64,000 bases of DNA from Felis catus. Taxonomy: Eukaryota. The notes beneath the pieces were generated by a model. It was not told the DNA's origin, searched no databases, and saw nothing but the letters and a program-made list of their open reading frames with translations. Position 1 is the first letter of the stretch; the number at the start of each line of letters is the position of its first letter. The stretch lies in assembly GCF_018350175.1 (NCBI RefSeq), contig NC_058368.1:99264001-99328000 (forward strand), in the 5' to 3' direction. The position numbers and the translations under genes are program-made. Positions 11,273-24,173 of this stretch are shown here, piece by piece.

Positions 11273-12594
11273 AGTCAGTTGCGATACCTTTTATAGCAAT
11301 GAAAGATAGAAGGAAGAAAACAAGAGAAAGCAACTGTTTTAGAGTCCTACTCAGTGCCAGTACCTGAACCAGGCATTGTAATTGTTATTCGCGGGTGATA
11401 CCAATTGCAAGGCCTGAAACTCTTGCTCTTGCATTTTTACCCAGAAGCCTCTTGGGCAGTTCATAATTTCCGTTGCTTTCAGTGCTCTTCTCTATACATT
11501 AAGGGGTGGTACTTCCTTCTTTCTAAGAATCTTTCCAGTTCTGATCTTCTGCTTCTATGCCTAATGATCAAATAAAACAGCTTTTTCCTTTTTCTATGAC
11601 TACCTATGTCTGACTCTGTCACCTTCTTTTTAAATCTTGATAGGTTCTAACATTTACAGTCTGGTTTTGGAGAGTAACAGTCTGCTTACATTGGTTTCTG
11701 TGGTATCCTACCGCTTCTCCACCACAGTTCCGTGCCTTCGAATATAAATTCATTGGCAAAAGTATTTCGTGTAGGAAATCAAAGAAGCTTGTAGACTGCG
11801 TCCTCTACAATTTGGTTTTGAAATTTAAGGGTCAGCTATGTATTTGGATCCGAGAAGGTGTTTTTTTTTTTAACCTCAAAACGTGATGCAGAGCAAACCT
11901 CTTAGAGTATAATGCCTTTCCTCCTGCAGAGTAAATTCCTAATGGCTGCTGGATGTACCTATAATCCCAGGATTTAGGAAAGTTTTTTCAGGGGAAGTGG
12001 ACTGTGACCCCAATTTTCCAAGGGAGATTTAATACTCAAGCTGCTTCATACCACAGATTGAGTCAGGGATACCAACAGAAACTAACTCCCACTAGAAACA
12101 AACCCCTCTTCCTGTGAACCTTATCTCGTACCCAACTTCATTAGATGAAAATGATATCACAGTTCTTAAAGTAACCAAAATTGGGGAGAAAGCATTTTAA
12201 ACATTTATTTTCATAAATAAGAGAGTTAGGAGTTCTTGAACAAATATTTTCTTTCCAAACAGTGTACTTTGATTTTTCTAAATGTGCAGTTTATTCAAAT
12301 GAATAACAAAGAGGCAGTGATTGCATTCTGGGTAAAGCACTGGGCTCAGCCTGTGGGAAAACAGAACTCTTGCTTATAAAAATAATCAGAGCACTCTAGG
12401 ATATCAGAATTTATTTAGAAAAGAAGTGAAAATGGAAAAAGTAGTAAAATATCCCACAAAGGAGACAAGAGTGCTTAAAATTGTATGTGGATATTGTAAA
12501 GCAGTGGAACAGATAAAGAATGTTTTGTAATGCATAGTGTATTTAGATGGATCCTGGAGAATCTGAAGGATAGAGAATCTGAAGGAAGCAATCA

Positions 12595-12789
12595 TAATTG
12601 GTTAAACGTCCGACTCTTGATTTGGCTCGGGTTATGATCTCACAATTTGTGAGTTGGAGCCCTGTGTTGGGCTCTGTGTTGACAGCGTGGAGCCTGCTTG
12701 GGATTCTGTGTTTCCCTCTCTCTCTCTGCCCCTCCCCAACTCATGCTGTCTCTCTCCCTCTCAAAATAAATAAATAAACTTAAAAAAAA
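12595..12789 (+). mobile_element. Can-SINE, 5'-truncated
   Basis: Starts at TTGGTTAAACGTCCGACTC; TSD AGGAA(G)CAATCA. Confidence 0.92.
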
Positions 12790-12969
12790 TAGGAACAATC
12801 ACTTTGTCGGATAGATAACAAGACATCACTTTCAGTTACTATTCCTTCATAAAATTAACAGTCTTTGCAATCAGAGAACCAGAAAGATGGTTGATACTTC
12901 CTAGACTCCTCACCATTTATTTGTCAGGTTGTAACACAGAAAAATGTGTGACTCAGTTTTCTCTCTCCT

Positions 12970-13230
12970 CATTGCACAAGATTTTCAGAGATGTCTGTGT
13001 GTAGATACTCTTGAGCCCAGAGGAACAGGCACACACAAACAACCACAACAAGGTGACAAGTGCCAACACATGTATGAACAAATGAACAAAGTGATTTGGA
13101 AGGGCAGATGAAGAAGAACGTAAGAGAGATCACAAGATCTCAGGAGTCTTCACAGAAGAAATAACATCTGAGTAATCTTTCAGGACCAAAACCAGTCTTT
13201 CAGACAGGCAAGGGAGATTGGTAGATGCTT
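12970..13230 (-). mobile_element. L2 remnant
   Basis: CAGGAGTCTTCACAGAAGAAATAACATCTGAGT resembles antisense L2; highly diverged. Confidence 0.45.
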
Positions 13231-13306
13231 TAATCACACTTTACTCTTTCTACCCTTCCATAACATTAATAAAACACATGAAAGTAATGAATTAAAGATT
13301 TGTGTT

Positions 13307-13517
13307 GGGGTGCCTGGGTGGCTCAGCTGGTTAAGCACCTGGCTCTGGGTTTTGGCTCAGGTCATGGTCTCACAGTTTGGTTCCTGAGATCAAGCCCCAC
13401 ATGGGGCTCTGGGCTCACAATGCAGAGTCTGCTTGGGATTCTCTCTCTTTCCTTTCCCCATTTCTGTGTGTGCTCTCTCTCTCTCTCCTTATTTCAAAAT
13501 AAATAATATTGAAAAAA
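13307..13517 (+). mobile_element. Can-SINE
   Basis: Head and tail; TSD-like ATT(T)GTGTT. Confidence 0.93.
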
Positions 13518-13967
13518 TTGTGTTAAGCTTTTCTAACAACTTACAGAATCTCAGTCCATAAACCAACTTATGAATCAAATTGTAACTTCCCATTATTAAT
13601 ATGTGTTCTCCATTTGTGATAGGTTTGTCTACTTTGCATTGTTTCTGTAGATGCAGCCTTGTTATAGTCCTTGAGAAAGTTGTTTTGAATTGTAGATCTA
13701 TGAGTTTTAAGTAAGTAAATGCTAAATTTTAGACTCCTCTGCCTGAGTGAATTGACATACTCCACCAATCTCTGAAATGGTTTATTCTCTGGGAAAGTGC
13801 ACTGATCCTTTTTGATCTGATTAGTCTTTATTAAAAGAATTGTATAATGAAATATATGTGAAACATGAAAAGAGTCTACCTGCATTAATTGTTGACATTC
13901 ATCCTTAATGAACTATGGAGATATATGGGGTATTCTTGCTCAAGTTATTTTTTGTTTTTTTAATTCT

Positions 13968-14778
13968 CACTTTGGAAGGCAGTTTGGCAGTTTCTTAAGA
14001 AACTAAACTTGTTACCGTAAGTAACTAAACTTGTTAACTTATTAGTAGCTGAACTTATTATTAAACTCTTAGCATATAATCACACTCTGTGGCATTTACT
14101 CAAAGGAGTTGAAAACTTAGGTCCACACAAAAACTTGAACACAGATGTTTATATAGTAGCTTTCTCCATAATTGCCCAAACTGGGAAAAAAACAAGATGT
14201 TCTTCAGCAAGTGAACGGATAAGCAAACTGGTATTTTCAGACCATGGAATATTAGTCACTGCTAAAAAGAAATGAGCTATCAAGCCATGAAAAGACACAG
14301 AGGAAACTTAAATGCATATTTCTGAGTGAAAAAAGGCAATCTGAAAAGGCTATATTCTATTTAATCTCAACTATATGACATTCTGGAAAAGACAAAATTC
14401 TGGAGACCATAAAAATATTAGTGGTCACCAGGAGTGGGTGGGGAGGGAGAGCTAAATAGGCAGAACATAGAGGATTTTATGGTGTTGAAACTAGTCTGTA
14501 TGATATGATCATGGTCAATACATGACCTAATACATTTGTCCCAATCCATAGAATGTACATCACCAAGAGTGAACACTAATGTCATCTGTGCACTTTGGTG
14601 AGAATGATGTGTGGACATAGGATCATCAGTTGTAATAAATGGGCCATTCTGGTGGGGAGTGTTGATAATGCCAGGAACTATGCTTGTATGAGATTAGTGG
14701 TATAGGAGAACCTTTGTACCTTCTGTTTAATTTTCATATAAACGTGAAACTACTCTATAAAGTAAAATCTATTAAAAT
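13968..14778 (+). mobile_element. L1MC1-like LINE 3' end
   Basis: GAGTTGAAAACTTAGGTCCACACAAAAAC, GAAATGAGCTATCAAGCCATGAAAAGACA and CACCAAGAGTGAAC motifs, then A-rich terminus. Confidence 0.85.
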
Positions 14779-14786
14779 AAATTTTA

Positions 14787-14938
14787 GGGGTGCCTGGGTG
14801 GCTTAGTTGGTTAAACACCCAACTTTGGCTCAGGTCATGATCTCACATTTGGTGAGATAGAGTCCTGCACTGCTTTCTGTCCTGACAGTGTGGAGCCTGC
14901 TTGGGATTCTCTCTCTCCCTCTCTCTCTGCCCCTGTTT

Positions 14939-14980
<42 letters not shown>

Positions 14981-15015
14981 CTCTCAAAATAAATAAACTT
15001 AAGAACATTTAAAAA
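14787..15015 (+). mobile_element. Can-SINE
   Basis: Inserted at the L1 tail; long (CT)n. Confidence 0.94.
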
Positions 15016-15447
15016 TAATTTTAAAAAGAGCTCTGATTTGCACATTCCTCAATCTGGTTGCATGATCCACCTTTATTAATGGTTGCATGTATCCAGAAGA
15101 ATTATTACACATTATTATTAGATCACCTCATTTGACTGTGTATATCATGGCATCCCCTATGTCCATTAGTATGTAAAATTATTATGTCCAACTTTTAACA
15201 TGTCGTTTTATTTGGTGTTAACACTATACTATTGGTGTTAACACTCATACTATTTTAGAGTTCTTGACTTTCCATTTTATACTTCTTTTACATAGATTCC
15301 TGCCATTAATCATTGAATTATAGAAGTTTTTGTCAGGTTGGATTACATACATTAACCCTCAAATATTCCCTGTTGAAAAAGGGCAAACAAATAAGAACAC
15401 TAAGACTGCTATTTGTACCAAGGTATTATCCTGATTTCTGGTCATTG

Positions 15448-15645
15448 TTCTAAAAAGTTTATTCATTTCGAGAGACAGGGCACACAAGAGATGGGCAGAG
15501 AGAGAGGGGGAGAGAGAATCCCAAGCAGGTTCCATGATGTCAGTGTGGAGCCCAACACGGGGCTCGATCCCATGAGCCATGAGATCATGACCCAAGCAGA
15601 GATCAAGAGTTGGATGCTTAACCAAATGAGCCACTCAGGTGCCCC
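15448..15645 (-). mobile_element. Can-SINE
   Basis: Antisense SINEC; GGTCATT on both flanks. Confidence 0.93.
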
Positions 15646-17454
15646 AGGGGTCATTTATTTTTATATTTATGATCTTTTCTAGCTTAGTTAACTTGATAGA
15701 TTTATTTGATACTTTACAATAATGTATTGTTTATTGGATGTTAATTATTTCTTTATTATTAATTTATTCCTTCTATATAAAATACTTCTCCCGAACTTCA
15801 CTTTAGAACTCATTCCTTACATGTTTGATACTTTGTTAGTGTTTCATATAATTATCACTTACCCACTGAATGAAACCTACGGAGGTTATTTTATACAAGT
15901 GATTCTGGAACATTTCACTTCAAACTTGCCTGTGGCTTTTCCTCTGGTAGCTAATGTCACTTCAGTAAAGTTCTCACACCTGTTTGGAAGAAGCATAGTC
16001 TGTTTTTTGTTTTGAAGGTCATGATTTACATTTTTATTAAAATCCCTGCCTACCTGGCTCTGTCATTTTTTATGTGTAGGTGCATATCTTTGTCCAGGTT
16101 GCTGGCCGGGAAATCACCTTTTTCCTACCAAAGGCTTGCGTTCCCCAGACTTGGAGGGTTTAAGTTTGAAATAGAGATTTAAAAAAAAATGTTTGCAGAG
16201 TATTTTGCTACTTCCAACCTCTTCTTCTTTTTTCAATGTGTTATTCATTTATTATTTAGCACTGGCCTCCTTCCCCTGTGTTTGTGGTTTTACCTCGGCA
16301 GTACTGTTCTGTGTACTACATTTCTTACTTTCATGTTCACATAGCTCTCTATCACCTGAACTCTCTTATTTTTTTTTTTGTCTTTTGCTTCCCGTTTGTC
16401 TTTTCCTCTCAAAGCTTCTTTGCTTAAATAATAGATGGAGAGTTTATGATCCTAGAGAGTTGAGGGATGTATTTTATGAATAAAGAAGGTGAGAATAGAA
16501 GCAAAGTGTATAAGCTCTCATGATCTGGTTTATGGTTATAATGTTTTGTTTTTTCCCCACAATATCTGAGGTTTCCCAAATAATTTGTGTTGTCATCCCC
16601 ATATGTGACCTAAGGAAAACCTTTGGGTCATCTCATATTATTAACCATATGCGTAAGATAGATAGCCCAACTGAAGACACTCATTATTAGATTTCATTAA
16701 CAAGAACACAGAGGTTAGATAGGGTGAGAAAGTAATACCGTACAATTTTTTGAAACCAGAAGTGTAAACCCTCGAAAAGAAATAAATGAGCCAAAGGGAC
16801 TCTTATTACCTGAGTTACATGACTTCCATTCCTATTAATTCTTATATTATTGTCATGAAGATGTTGGTGGTGTTTCCTTTATCATTTTGGACTCTACCTT
16901 CTAGTTGTTTTATCTGAGGGCTCCATGGTACCTGTTTACCAACTTATTCTAGTCCCCTTTCTTCCTCTTTACTCTGTATGTGACCGTTCACTGCTGCGCT
17001 ATTCCACTGAATTATCTCTGCCTAGAAAGCCCCATTTCTTCTTGACATGTAGGGAAAGTGTTGCCAATAGCAGACGGCCAAGCTGAAAACTCTTCACGGC
17101 AATGTGACAGTTACTGAGTTTGAGTGATAGAGAATGCAGTTCTGAAAGGGAATGAGAACAGTTACCAGGTTAAATTAAGGAGAGCTCTAATTAACAGAAA
17201 GTCTGAAGAAATAAATGATTTTCTAGGGCTACTCTTCAAGAAGGACAGCCTATTAATGTGCTCAAATATTTGTAAGAATCTTGTTTCTGCATAGCATATA
17301 AAGATATACCTCCTCACCAGAAACATGCCTTTCAAGTTCACTTCCAGGAAGCACTGTATTTTGTTCTTCCACCAAAATGACCATTTTCATGACTTAAATC
17401 AGTCTATGAAATATAGGAAGGTATATAACCTCATCATATGATAAGATAATAAGC

Positions 17455-17456
17455 AT

Positions 17457-17491
<35 letters not shown>

Positions 17492-17702
17492 TTTTAACAT
17501 TTATTTATTTTTGAGAGACAGAGACAGAGCATGAGTGGGTGAAGGGCAGAGAGGGAGGAGGAGACACAGAATCTGAAGCAGTCTGCAGGCTCTGAGCAAG
17601 CTTTCAGCACAGAGACCGATGTGGGGCTCCAACCCACAAACCGTGAGATCATGACCTGAAATGAAATCGCTTGCCCAACTGACTGAGCCACCCAGGTGCC
17701 CC
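17455..17702 (-). mobile_element. Can-SINE with (TTTA)n tail
   Basis: Antisense SINEC. Confidence 0.94.
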
Positions 17703-17710
17703 TATTTCTT

Positions 17711-17935
17711 TCTTTTTTTTTTTTTTCAACGTTTATTTATTTTTATTTTTGGGACAGAGAGAGACAGAGCATGAACGGGGGAGGGGCAGAGAGAGAGGGA
17801 GACACAGAATCGGAAACAGGCTCCAGGCTCTGAGCCATCAGCCCAGAGCCTGACGCGGGGCTCGAACTCACGGACCGCGAGATCGTGACCTGGCTGAAGT
17901 CGGACGCTTAACCGACTGCGCCACCCAGGCACCCC
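17711..17935 (-). mobile_element. Young felid Can-SINE (SINEC_Fc-type)
   Basis: CpG-intact; diagnostic GGCGCAGTCGG/CTTCAGCCAGG; TSD CCTATTTCTT at 17701 and 17936. Confidence 0.97.
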
Positions 17936-18759
17936 CCTATTTCTTGAATTAACCTCTACAGAGGATCAAGCACTCCCTAGGAATTGCTGATCTTTCTTAA
18001 GATGATGCAGCCTTTACTTTCAAGGGGTTAAGTTCATTGAAGAAGACACACACATGAACAGGTTATCACCTGTTCAACAGGTGATTAACAGGTTATGGTG
18101 TACTGAATGCTCTGATAATATTTTGTACCATGTTTTACAGTCCCTGTTCATATAGTCCATTATGCCCTCTGTTCCATTTCCACATAGTAGTGCTAGACTC
18201 ACCTGAATAGCATACAGATGTACCGATGGATATATAATGTTTGTTGGAGACCTTCTGAGTTGAAGAAAGCATTACTGGATAGCCTGGGACCTGCCACATT
18301 GGATGGATCCTTTTGCATGCCAATAGAGACAAATGATTATGTCTAAGATGCTGCCTTAGTATTTCCACTAGGGAAAAAAAAATTCAGTGTATATAGAAAT
18401 GGAGAGGTAAGAAAGGTAAAGAGTATGATCAGAATGTCTTCCCAAGTCCTACTATGTTAATATTAACCTTTGGAGAAAAATAAGAAAGATGGATAAAACT
18501 GGACTTTACATCCCTTTTCATTTGAACCCATCACTTTCTTGGCCAAGCCATGTTTGAATATGTCGCACATTTTTCCATCTATGATAGTTAACTAAAATTC
18601 TTTAGAATTCCACCATGTGTATAGAATTAGATATCATAAAAGTTGGTTCACTCTCCTTGTTAGTCCAGTATACTGTGCTTTTATTTATTGTGCATATTGA
18701 GAAGAGTACTTTCATGTGTAATTCATGTGTAATTTCATGAGTAATTTCAAGCTAATCCA

Positions 18760-18972
18760 GGGACGCCTGGATGGCTCAGTTGGTTAAGTGTCCAACTCTT
18801 GATTTCAGCTTAGGTCACGATCTCATGGTTGATGGGATCGAGCCCTGAGTCATTTTCTGTGTCGGTTTCTAACAGCGTGGAGCCTGCTTAGGATTCTCTC
18901 TCTGCCTCTCTCTGCCCCTACCCTTCTCTCTCTCTCTCAAAATAAATAAATAAACTGAAATAAAAAGGAACA
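18760..18972 (+). mobile_element. Can-SINE
   Basis: TSD CAAGCTAATCCA at 18748 and 18973. Confidence 0.95.
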
Positions 18973-20173
18973 CAAGCTAATCCATCAGTTAACTAAACCT
19001 GCGTGTAAACATATGTTCTTGTCCATTACATTACCCTGTTATCCCTTTGGTAATGTAATCTTACCCATATCAAGTCTGTTCATCATTTATACACATACCT
19101 CTTAATATGGTTTTGTGCACCTAAATATTTCCCAAGAAGTATATTTTCGTTGTTAGTTCTGTTCACATTGTTTAATGACCTCGTACTTCACATAATCTTG
19201 GAGTTAAGATTTTTTTCACTAAATATTATTTGCTGAAATTCATCCATGCTGCTGCATATTAACATAATTTATTCATTTTGTCTGCTTTATGATAATCCAT
19301 TGTCTAAATACACCATACCTGATCTGTGCTCTCATCACAAACAATTGGACTGTTTTCCATTTGATTATTTGTTTTCTATTGTGAGCAATATTCCTATGAA
19401 TATTCTTGCCCATGTCTTCTGTTGTACATGGACAAGAGTTTGTTCTGTGTATATGTTTAAAAGTAGAATTATTCCCTTGTAAATTATGTGATGTTTAGCC
19501 ATAGGAGATAATGGTAAACTGTTTTGAAAATAGTTGTACCTATTTATACTCTTAATACAAATGGGTAAGATTGTTTATGGCCATGTGTTCTCTAACATTT
19601 GCTACTATCACATATTTATTTTTTAATTATTATTTTTATTGGAATACATTAGCCACACAATATTACATTTGTTTCAAATATAGGACATAGTAATTTTCAA
19701 GTTTATACATTATCCTATTTTCATCGCAAGTGTCCCTGCCATCTGTTTTGATCAATTCAGTAATGTAAAAGGACATCTCATTGTGGCTTTGATTAAATTT
19801 CCCAGACTTCTAATAGTTTTCTTACAGTTTTCTTCTTGAGCAACATGCCTATTCATAGATTTTGCCATTTATTTTTCAGTTTGATTGGTTTTGCTTTCCT
19901 TACTGATTGGTAGTTATTTTAAAAATGTTCTTCATACTATTCCTTTGGTGGTTGTTGACCTTGTAAATATTTCCCCCCATGTTTAATAGGTCCTTTTACT
20001 GTCTTGTTATCCCTTCAGATGAGAAACTGCCATTGATTTTAACAGAGTAAAATGTATTACTTTTTTTGAACAGTGATAAATGGGTTTTGTAATTCCCTCG
20101 CCTGCTCTACACCAAAGCCCAAAGTACCAGAACCTAAATTTTCAACCGGAGTTTAAAAAATTTTACATTTGAA

Positions 20174-20366
20174 GGGTGCTTGGGTGGCTCATGAGGTTAA
20201 GCGTCTATTGGTTTTGGCTCAGGTCATGATCTCACACTTTGTGAGAACGACCCCCCCACCATGTGGGGCTCTGCGATGGCAGTGCAGAGCCTGCTTGGGA
20301 TTTTTGTTCTCTCTCCCCCTCTCTCTGGCTCTCTCAAAATAAATAAACTTTAAAAAGTTAAAAAAG
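20174..20366 (+). mobile_element. Can-SINE
   Basis: Flanked by TTACATTTGA. Confidence 0.92.
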
Positions 20367-20380
20367 ATAATTACATTTGA

Positions 20381-20475
20381 GGAGCACCCGGGTGGCTCAG
20401 TCGGTTGAACATCTGACTTTTGGTTTTTGCTCAGGACATGATCTCATGGTAATTCTCTCTCTCCCAGCTTAGACA
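20381..20475 (+). mobile_element. Can-SINE with large internal deletion
   Basis: Head intact to GATCTCATGGT, then jumps to the CT tract; followed by TTACATTTGA. Confidence 0.85.
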
Positions 20476-21582
20476 AGTTTTACATTTGATATTAATATTT
20501 TCAATTGATCTGGAGTTGAATTGTATATATAGTATGTGTTCTTTATATTTTCTTTACCCTATATATAACCATTTTTTAGAGCATGGCTTTGTCAGTAGTC
20601 CCTCATTCTTTGAATGATCTAGTGTTCTACCTTTCATATGTTGCATAAATACATGGTTTTACTACATTAATGAATTTCTCTATTCTTTGCTAAATGCACA
20701 CTGTCTAAATTTCTATTTCTTTGTAAGACCTGCTATTATCCTGGTGGATTTTGACTCTTGAATCTTCCATTTAAATGTAGAAACCAAAACATTTCATTTA
20801 AATCACTGTTGAAACTTTAATTTGAATTGTATTCAGTATGTAGATTACTTTGGGGGTAATTGACATATTTGTGACATTATGTGAATTCACTCTGTGAATA
20901 TAGCATCTCACTTCACTAAGGTCTTCTCTAAAGTGTTGTAATCAGTTTTTAGATTTTACCTGCAAAAGGTCTTGCCCTTGGATTCATTCTTAGCTAACTT
21001 TTTTTTTCATATTAGCATTTTCTCTTTAATTATTTTATTCTTTTAGTTGTTTATTGTTACATAAAATGCACCTGGTTTTTCTTTAACATTAAGCTTACAA
21101 GTGACTACCTTGTTAAATGCTAATCAAAATGATTTTGTAGATTTCTTCCCTCACTGAAGTTCCCTGAGATAGGGCCTTTCTCTGCTTCCCAACATTGAAA
21201 AGATCACTTTACAGAGTGAAAACAAATACAAAATTTACCCGATTTATCTTATGAGCCCATAGTCCATAAAATACGTTTGGTATTAGCAGAACTTGATCTA
21301 GTAGAGGCCTCATTAAATTTTATCAATAGAGAGTACTACGTGCATGCTTCCAAAACCCAGGACCCTGAAACAGACAAGACCACCCACACCCATCTGGGTT
21401 TTCTCTAGGTAGGTACACTAAAAATTTACAGTAATAAAAAATATAAAGTTATACTGGTAATCTGTGATCTGACTATGTGTAATTTCATGATTGCAAGGGA
21501 TAGAAATGTGATTTTTTTCACATTCCACAGAATTGGTGGTTCAATCTCCTCAGCACTCTTCTGCTTAAAGAAATTAAGTATT

Positions 21583-21792
21583 GGGGCGCCTCGGTGGCTC
21601 AGTCGGTTAAGCACCCAATTTCAGCTCAGGTCACGATCTCACTGTTCGTGAGTTCGAGCCCCGTGTCAGGCTCTTTGCTGACAGCTCAGAGCCTGGAGCC
21701 TGCTTGGGATTCTGTGTCTCCCTCTCTCTCTGCCCCTTCTACTACTTGTGCTCTGTCTCTGTCTCTCAAAAATGAATAAACATTAAAAAAAA
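21583..21792 (+). mobile_element. Can-SINE
   Basis: Typical SINEC. Confidence 0.95.
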
Positions 21793-22177
21793 TTTGTAAG
21801 ACATTCAGAATTTTCCCATTGTTCACAGAAAACAGCACCAAATATCGATTATCAATGTATCCTTTTATTTATTTACTTATTTTTGGTGTGTGTAGGCTTG
21901 TTGAGATAATCTCTTTTATTTTGGGACAAATAAAACGATGGGCTATTTGATGCTTGAAAGTCATACATTTCCCTTCAAATTACATGAATAGAGAAAATTA
22001 GCTAATTTTTGTAAGAGATAAATTTCCTTTGGAACTTGGTGTCTCCATTCCAGATGACAAATTTTGATTGTATTAGCAAATAACAAACTTTGATTCTGTA
22101 GCAGATAGCAAAGGAGACCAAGATTCAGAAAGGAAGACCATGAATAATGATACATTTGATTTGGAAAATGAATCTTG

Positions 22178-22416
22178 CACCCCACCCCTCTGGCAACCTT
22201 TGGTTTTCTGTATTTATGGGTCTGTTTCTGCTTTTTGTTCATTTGTTTGTTTTATTTTTTAGATTCCACATAGAAGTGAAATCATGTTGCCTGTCTTTGT
22301 CTGACTTATTTCACTAAGCATAATTCACTCTGGGTCCATCCATTTTATCACAAATGACAAGATCTCATCTTCTTTATCTATTCATCTGTGGATGGACACT
22401 TAGACTGCTTCCATAT
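22178..22416 (-). mobile_element. Carnivore L1 3' UTR fragment
   Basis: AGATTCCACATAGAAGTGAAATCATG...TGACTTATTTCACTAAGCATAAT. Confidence 0.85.
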
Positions 22417-22983
22417 AATCTCTTTGAAAAATGTGTTAGCAATAAGTATTGAAACTTAAGGTATATTTACAAGAGTGCAACTGCAAAGCTTATGATCAAA
22501 TAAAGTGTGTATATCTGTTCAGCAGTAAAAGCTCAGTAATGCATATAACCGCACTGTTTATAATAGCTCCAAAGTGGAAGCAACACAAATGTCCATCGAC
22601 AAGAGAATGGATAAATACACTGTGGACTAATTATAACAATTTATATGGCAATGAAAATGAACCAACTATTGTTATAAGCAATAGAATGAGCTGATCGATC
22701 AAATAGAATGTTTTAAAAATATACTAGATGCAAAAGAATGTATCTGTGATTCTACTTACATAGAATTCAAAAATAGGCAAAATTAATCTAGAGTGTTAGA
22801 GGTTAATGTTTCCTCTGCACAGGGAAATAGAATGTGTGACTAGAAAGAAACAAGAAGTGCCAGAGTTCCAGGTGTTGCTCTCTTTCTGCACTTAGATGGT
22901 AGTCACGCTGTCAGCTACACACTTATGATCTGCTCCCCTTTCATTATGTGTGTTACACTTCATTCAAAGGTTTATTTTAAAAG
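22417..22983 (+). mobile_element. Old L1ME-like 3' end
   Basis: GCACTGTTTATAATAGCTCCAAAGTGGAAGCAACACAAATGTCCATCGAC and AAAATAGGCAAAATTAATCTA motifs. Confidence 0.75.
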
Positions 22984-22994
22984 TAAATGATTTT

Positions 22995-23968
22995 ATATAT
23001 ACACCACATCTTCTTTATCCATTCATCAATCTATGGATATGTAGGCTCTTTCCATATTTTGGCTGTTGATAGGGTTGCTATAAACTTTGGGGTGTATGTG
23101 TCCCTTTGAATCAGCATGTTTGTATCCTTTGGATAAATACCCAGTAGTGCAACTACTGGATCATAGGGTAGTTCTACTTTTAATTTTTTTTAGGAACCTC
23201 CCTACTGTTTTCCAGAGTGGCTGCACCAGTTTGCATTCCCACCAGCAGTGCAAAAGGGTTCCCTTTTTTCTGCATCCTCGCCAAAATCTGTAGTCTCATG
23301 AGTTGTTCATTTTAGCCATTGTGACAGACATGAAGTGCTGTCTCATCATGGTTTTGATTTGTATTTCCCTCAAGATGAGTGATGTTGAACATCTTTTCAT
23401 GTGTTTGTTAGCCATCTGGTATTTTCTTTGGAAAAGTGTCTGTTCACGTCTTCTGCCCATTTCTTCACTGGATTATTTGTTTTATGGATGTTGAGTTTGA
23501 CAAGTTCTTGATGGATTTTGGATACTAACACTTTATCCAATATGTCACTTGCAAATATTTTCTTTTCCTTCAGTTGCCTTTTAGTTTTGTTGATTGTTTC
23601 CTTCTCTGTGCAGAAGCTTTTGATCTTGATGAGTTCAGAGAAAGGCAAATATCGTATGATTTCCCTCATGTGGAATTTTAGAAACAAAGCACATGAACAT
23701 AAGGGAAGGGAAGGAAAAATAGGATACAAATAGAAGGAGGCAAACCTTAAGAGACTCTTAAATACAGAGAACAAATTGAGGGTTGATGGAAGAAAGTGGG
23801 TGTGGCTACGTGGGTGATGGGCATTAAGGAGGACACTTGTTGGAATGAGCATTGGGTGTTATATATAAGTGATGAATCACTAAATTCTACTCCTGAAACC
23901 AATACCACACTATATGTTAACAAACTTGCATTAAAAAAAAAAGAAACTGAAAAAAAATAGAAAAAACA
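22995..23968 (+). mobile_element. 5'-inverted carnivore L1 (22995-23634 antisense ORF2 C-terminus; 23635-23968 sense 3' UTR and A tail)
   Basis: ORF track shows [19 protein letters not shown] on the minus strand; sense 3' UTR follows; TSD TAAATGATTTT at 22984 and 23969. Confidence 0.9.
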
Positions 23969-23979
23969 TAAATGATTTT

Positions 23980-24173
23980 GGGTTTCTTGGGTAGTTCAGT
24001 TGGTTGAGTGTCTGACTCTTGATTTTGGCTTAGGTCATGATCCCAGTCATGGGATCAAACTCTACATTGACCTCTGTGCTGATCCTGGAGCCTGCTCAAT
24101 ATTCTCTTTCATTCCCTCTGCCACTCTCTCCCTGTCATGCACACACTCTTTGTAAAATAAAAATTTTAAAGAA
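23980..24173 (+). mobile_element. Can-SINE (older)
   Basis: Diverged head; flanked by AAATG(A/T)TTTT. Confidence 0.88.

Larger units (their letters stand above)
19040..21150 (-). mobile_element. Old L1M (L1ME-like) 3' region, interrupted by a short carnivore L1 tail (about 19620-19745) and two SINEs
   Basis: ATTCATCCATGCTGCTGCAT, TATGAATATTCTTG..CATGTCTTC and GTAGATTACTTTGGGG..AATTGACAT antisense L1 motifs. Confidence 0.7.

Noticed and set aside
18711..18756. 11-12 bp tandem repeat TTCATGTGTAA (about 4 degenerate units)
   Set aside because: Ordinary micro-tandem slippage with no spacers.
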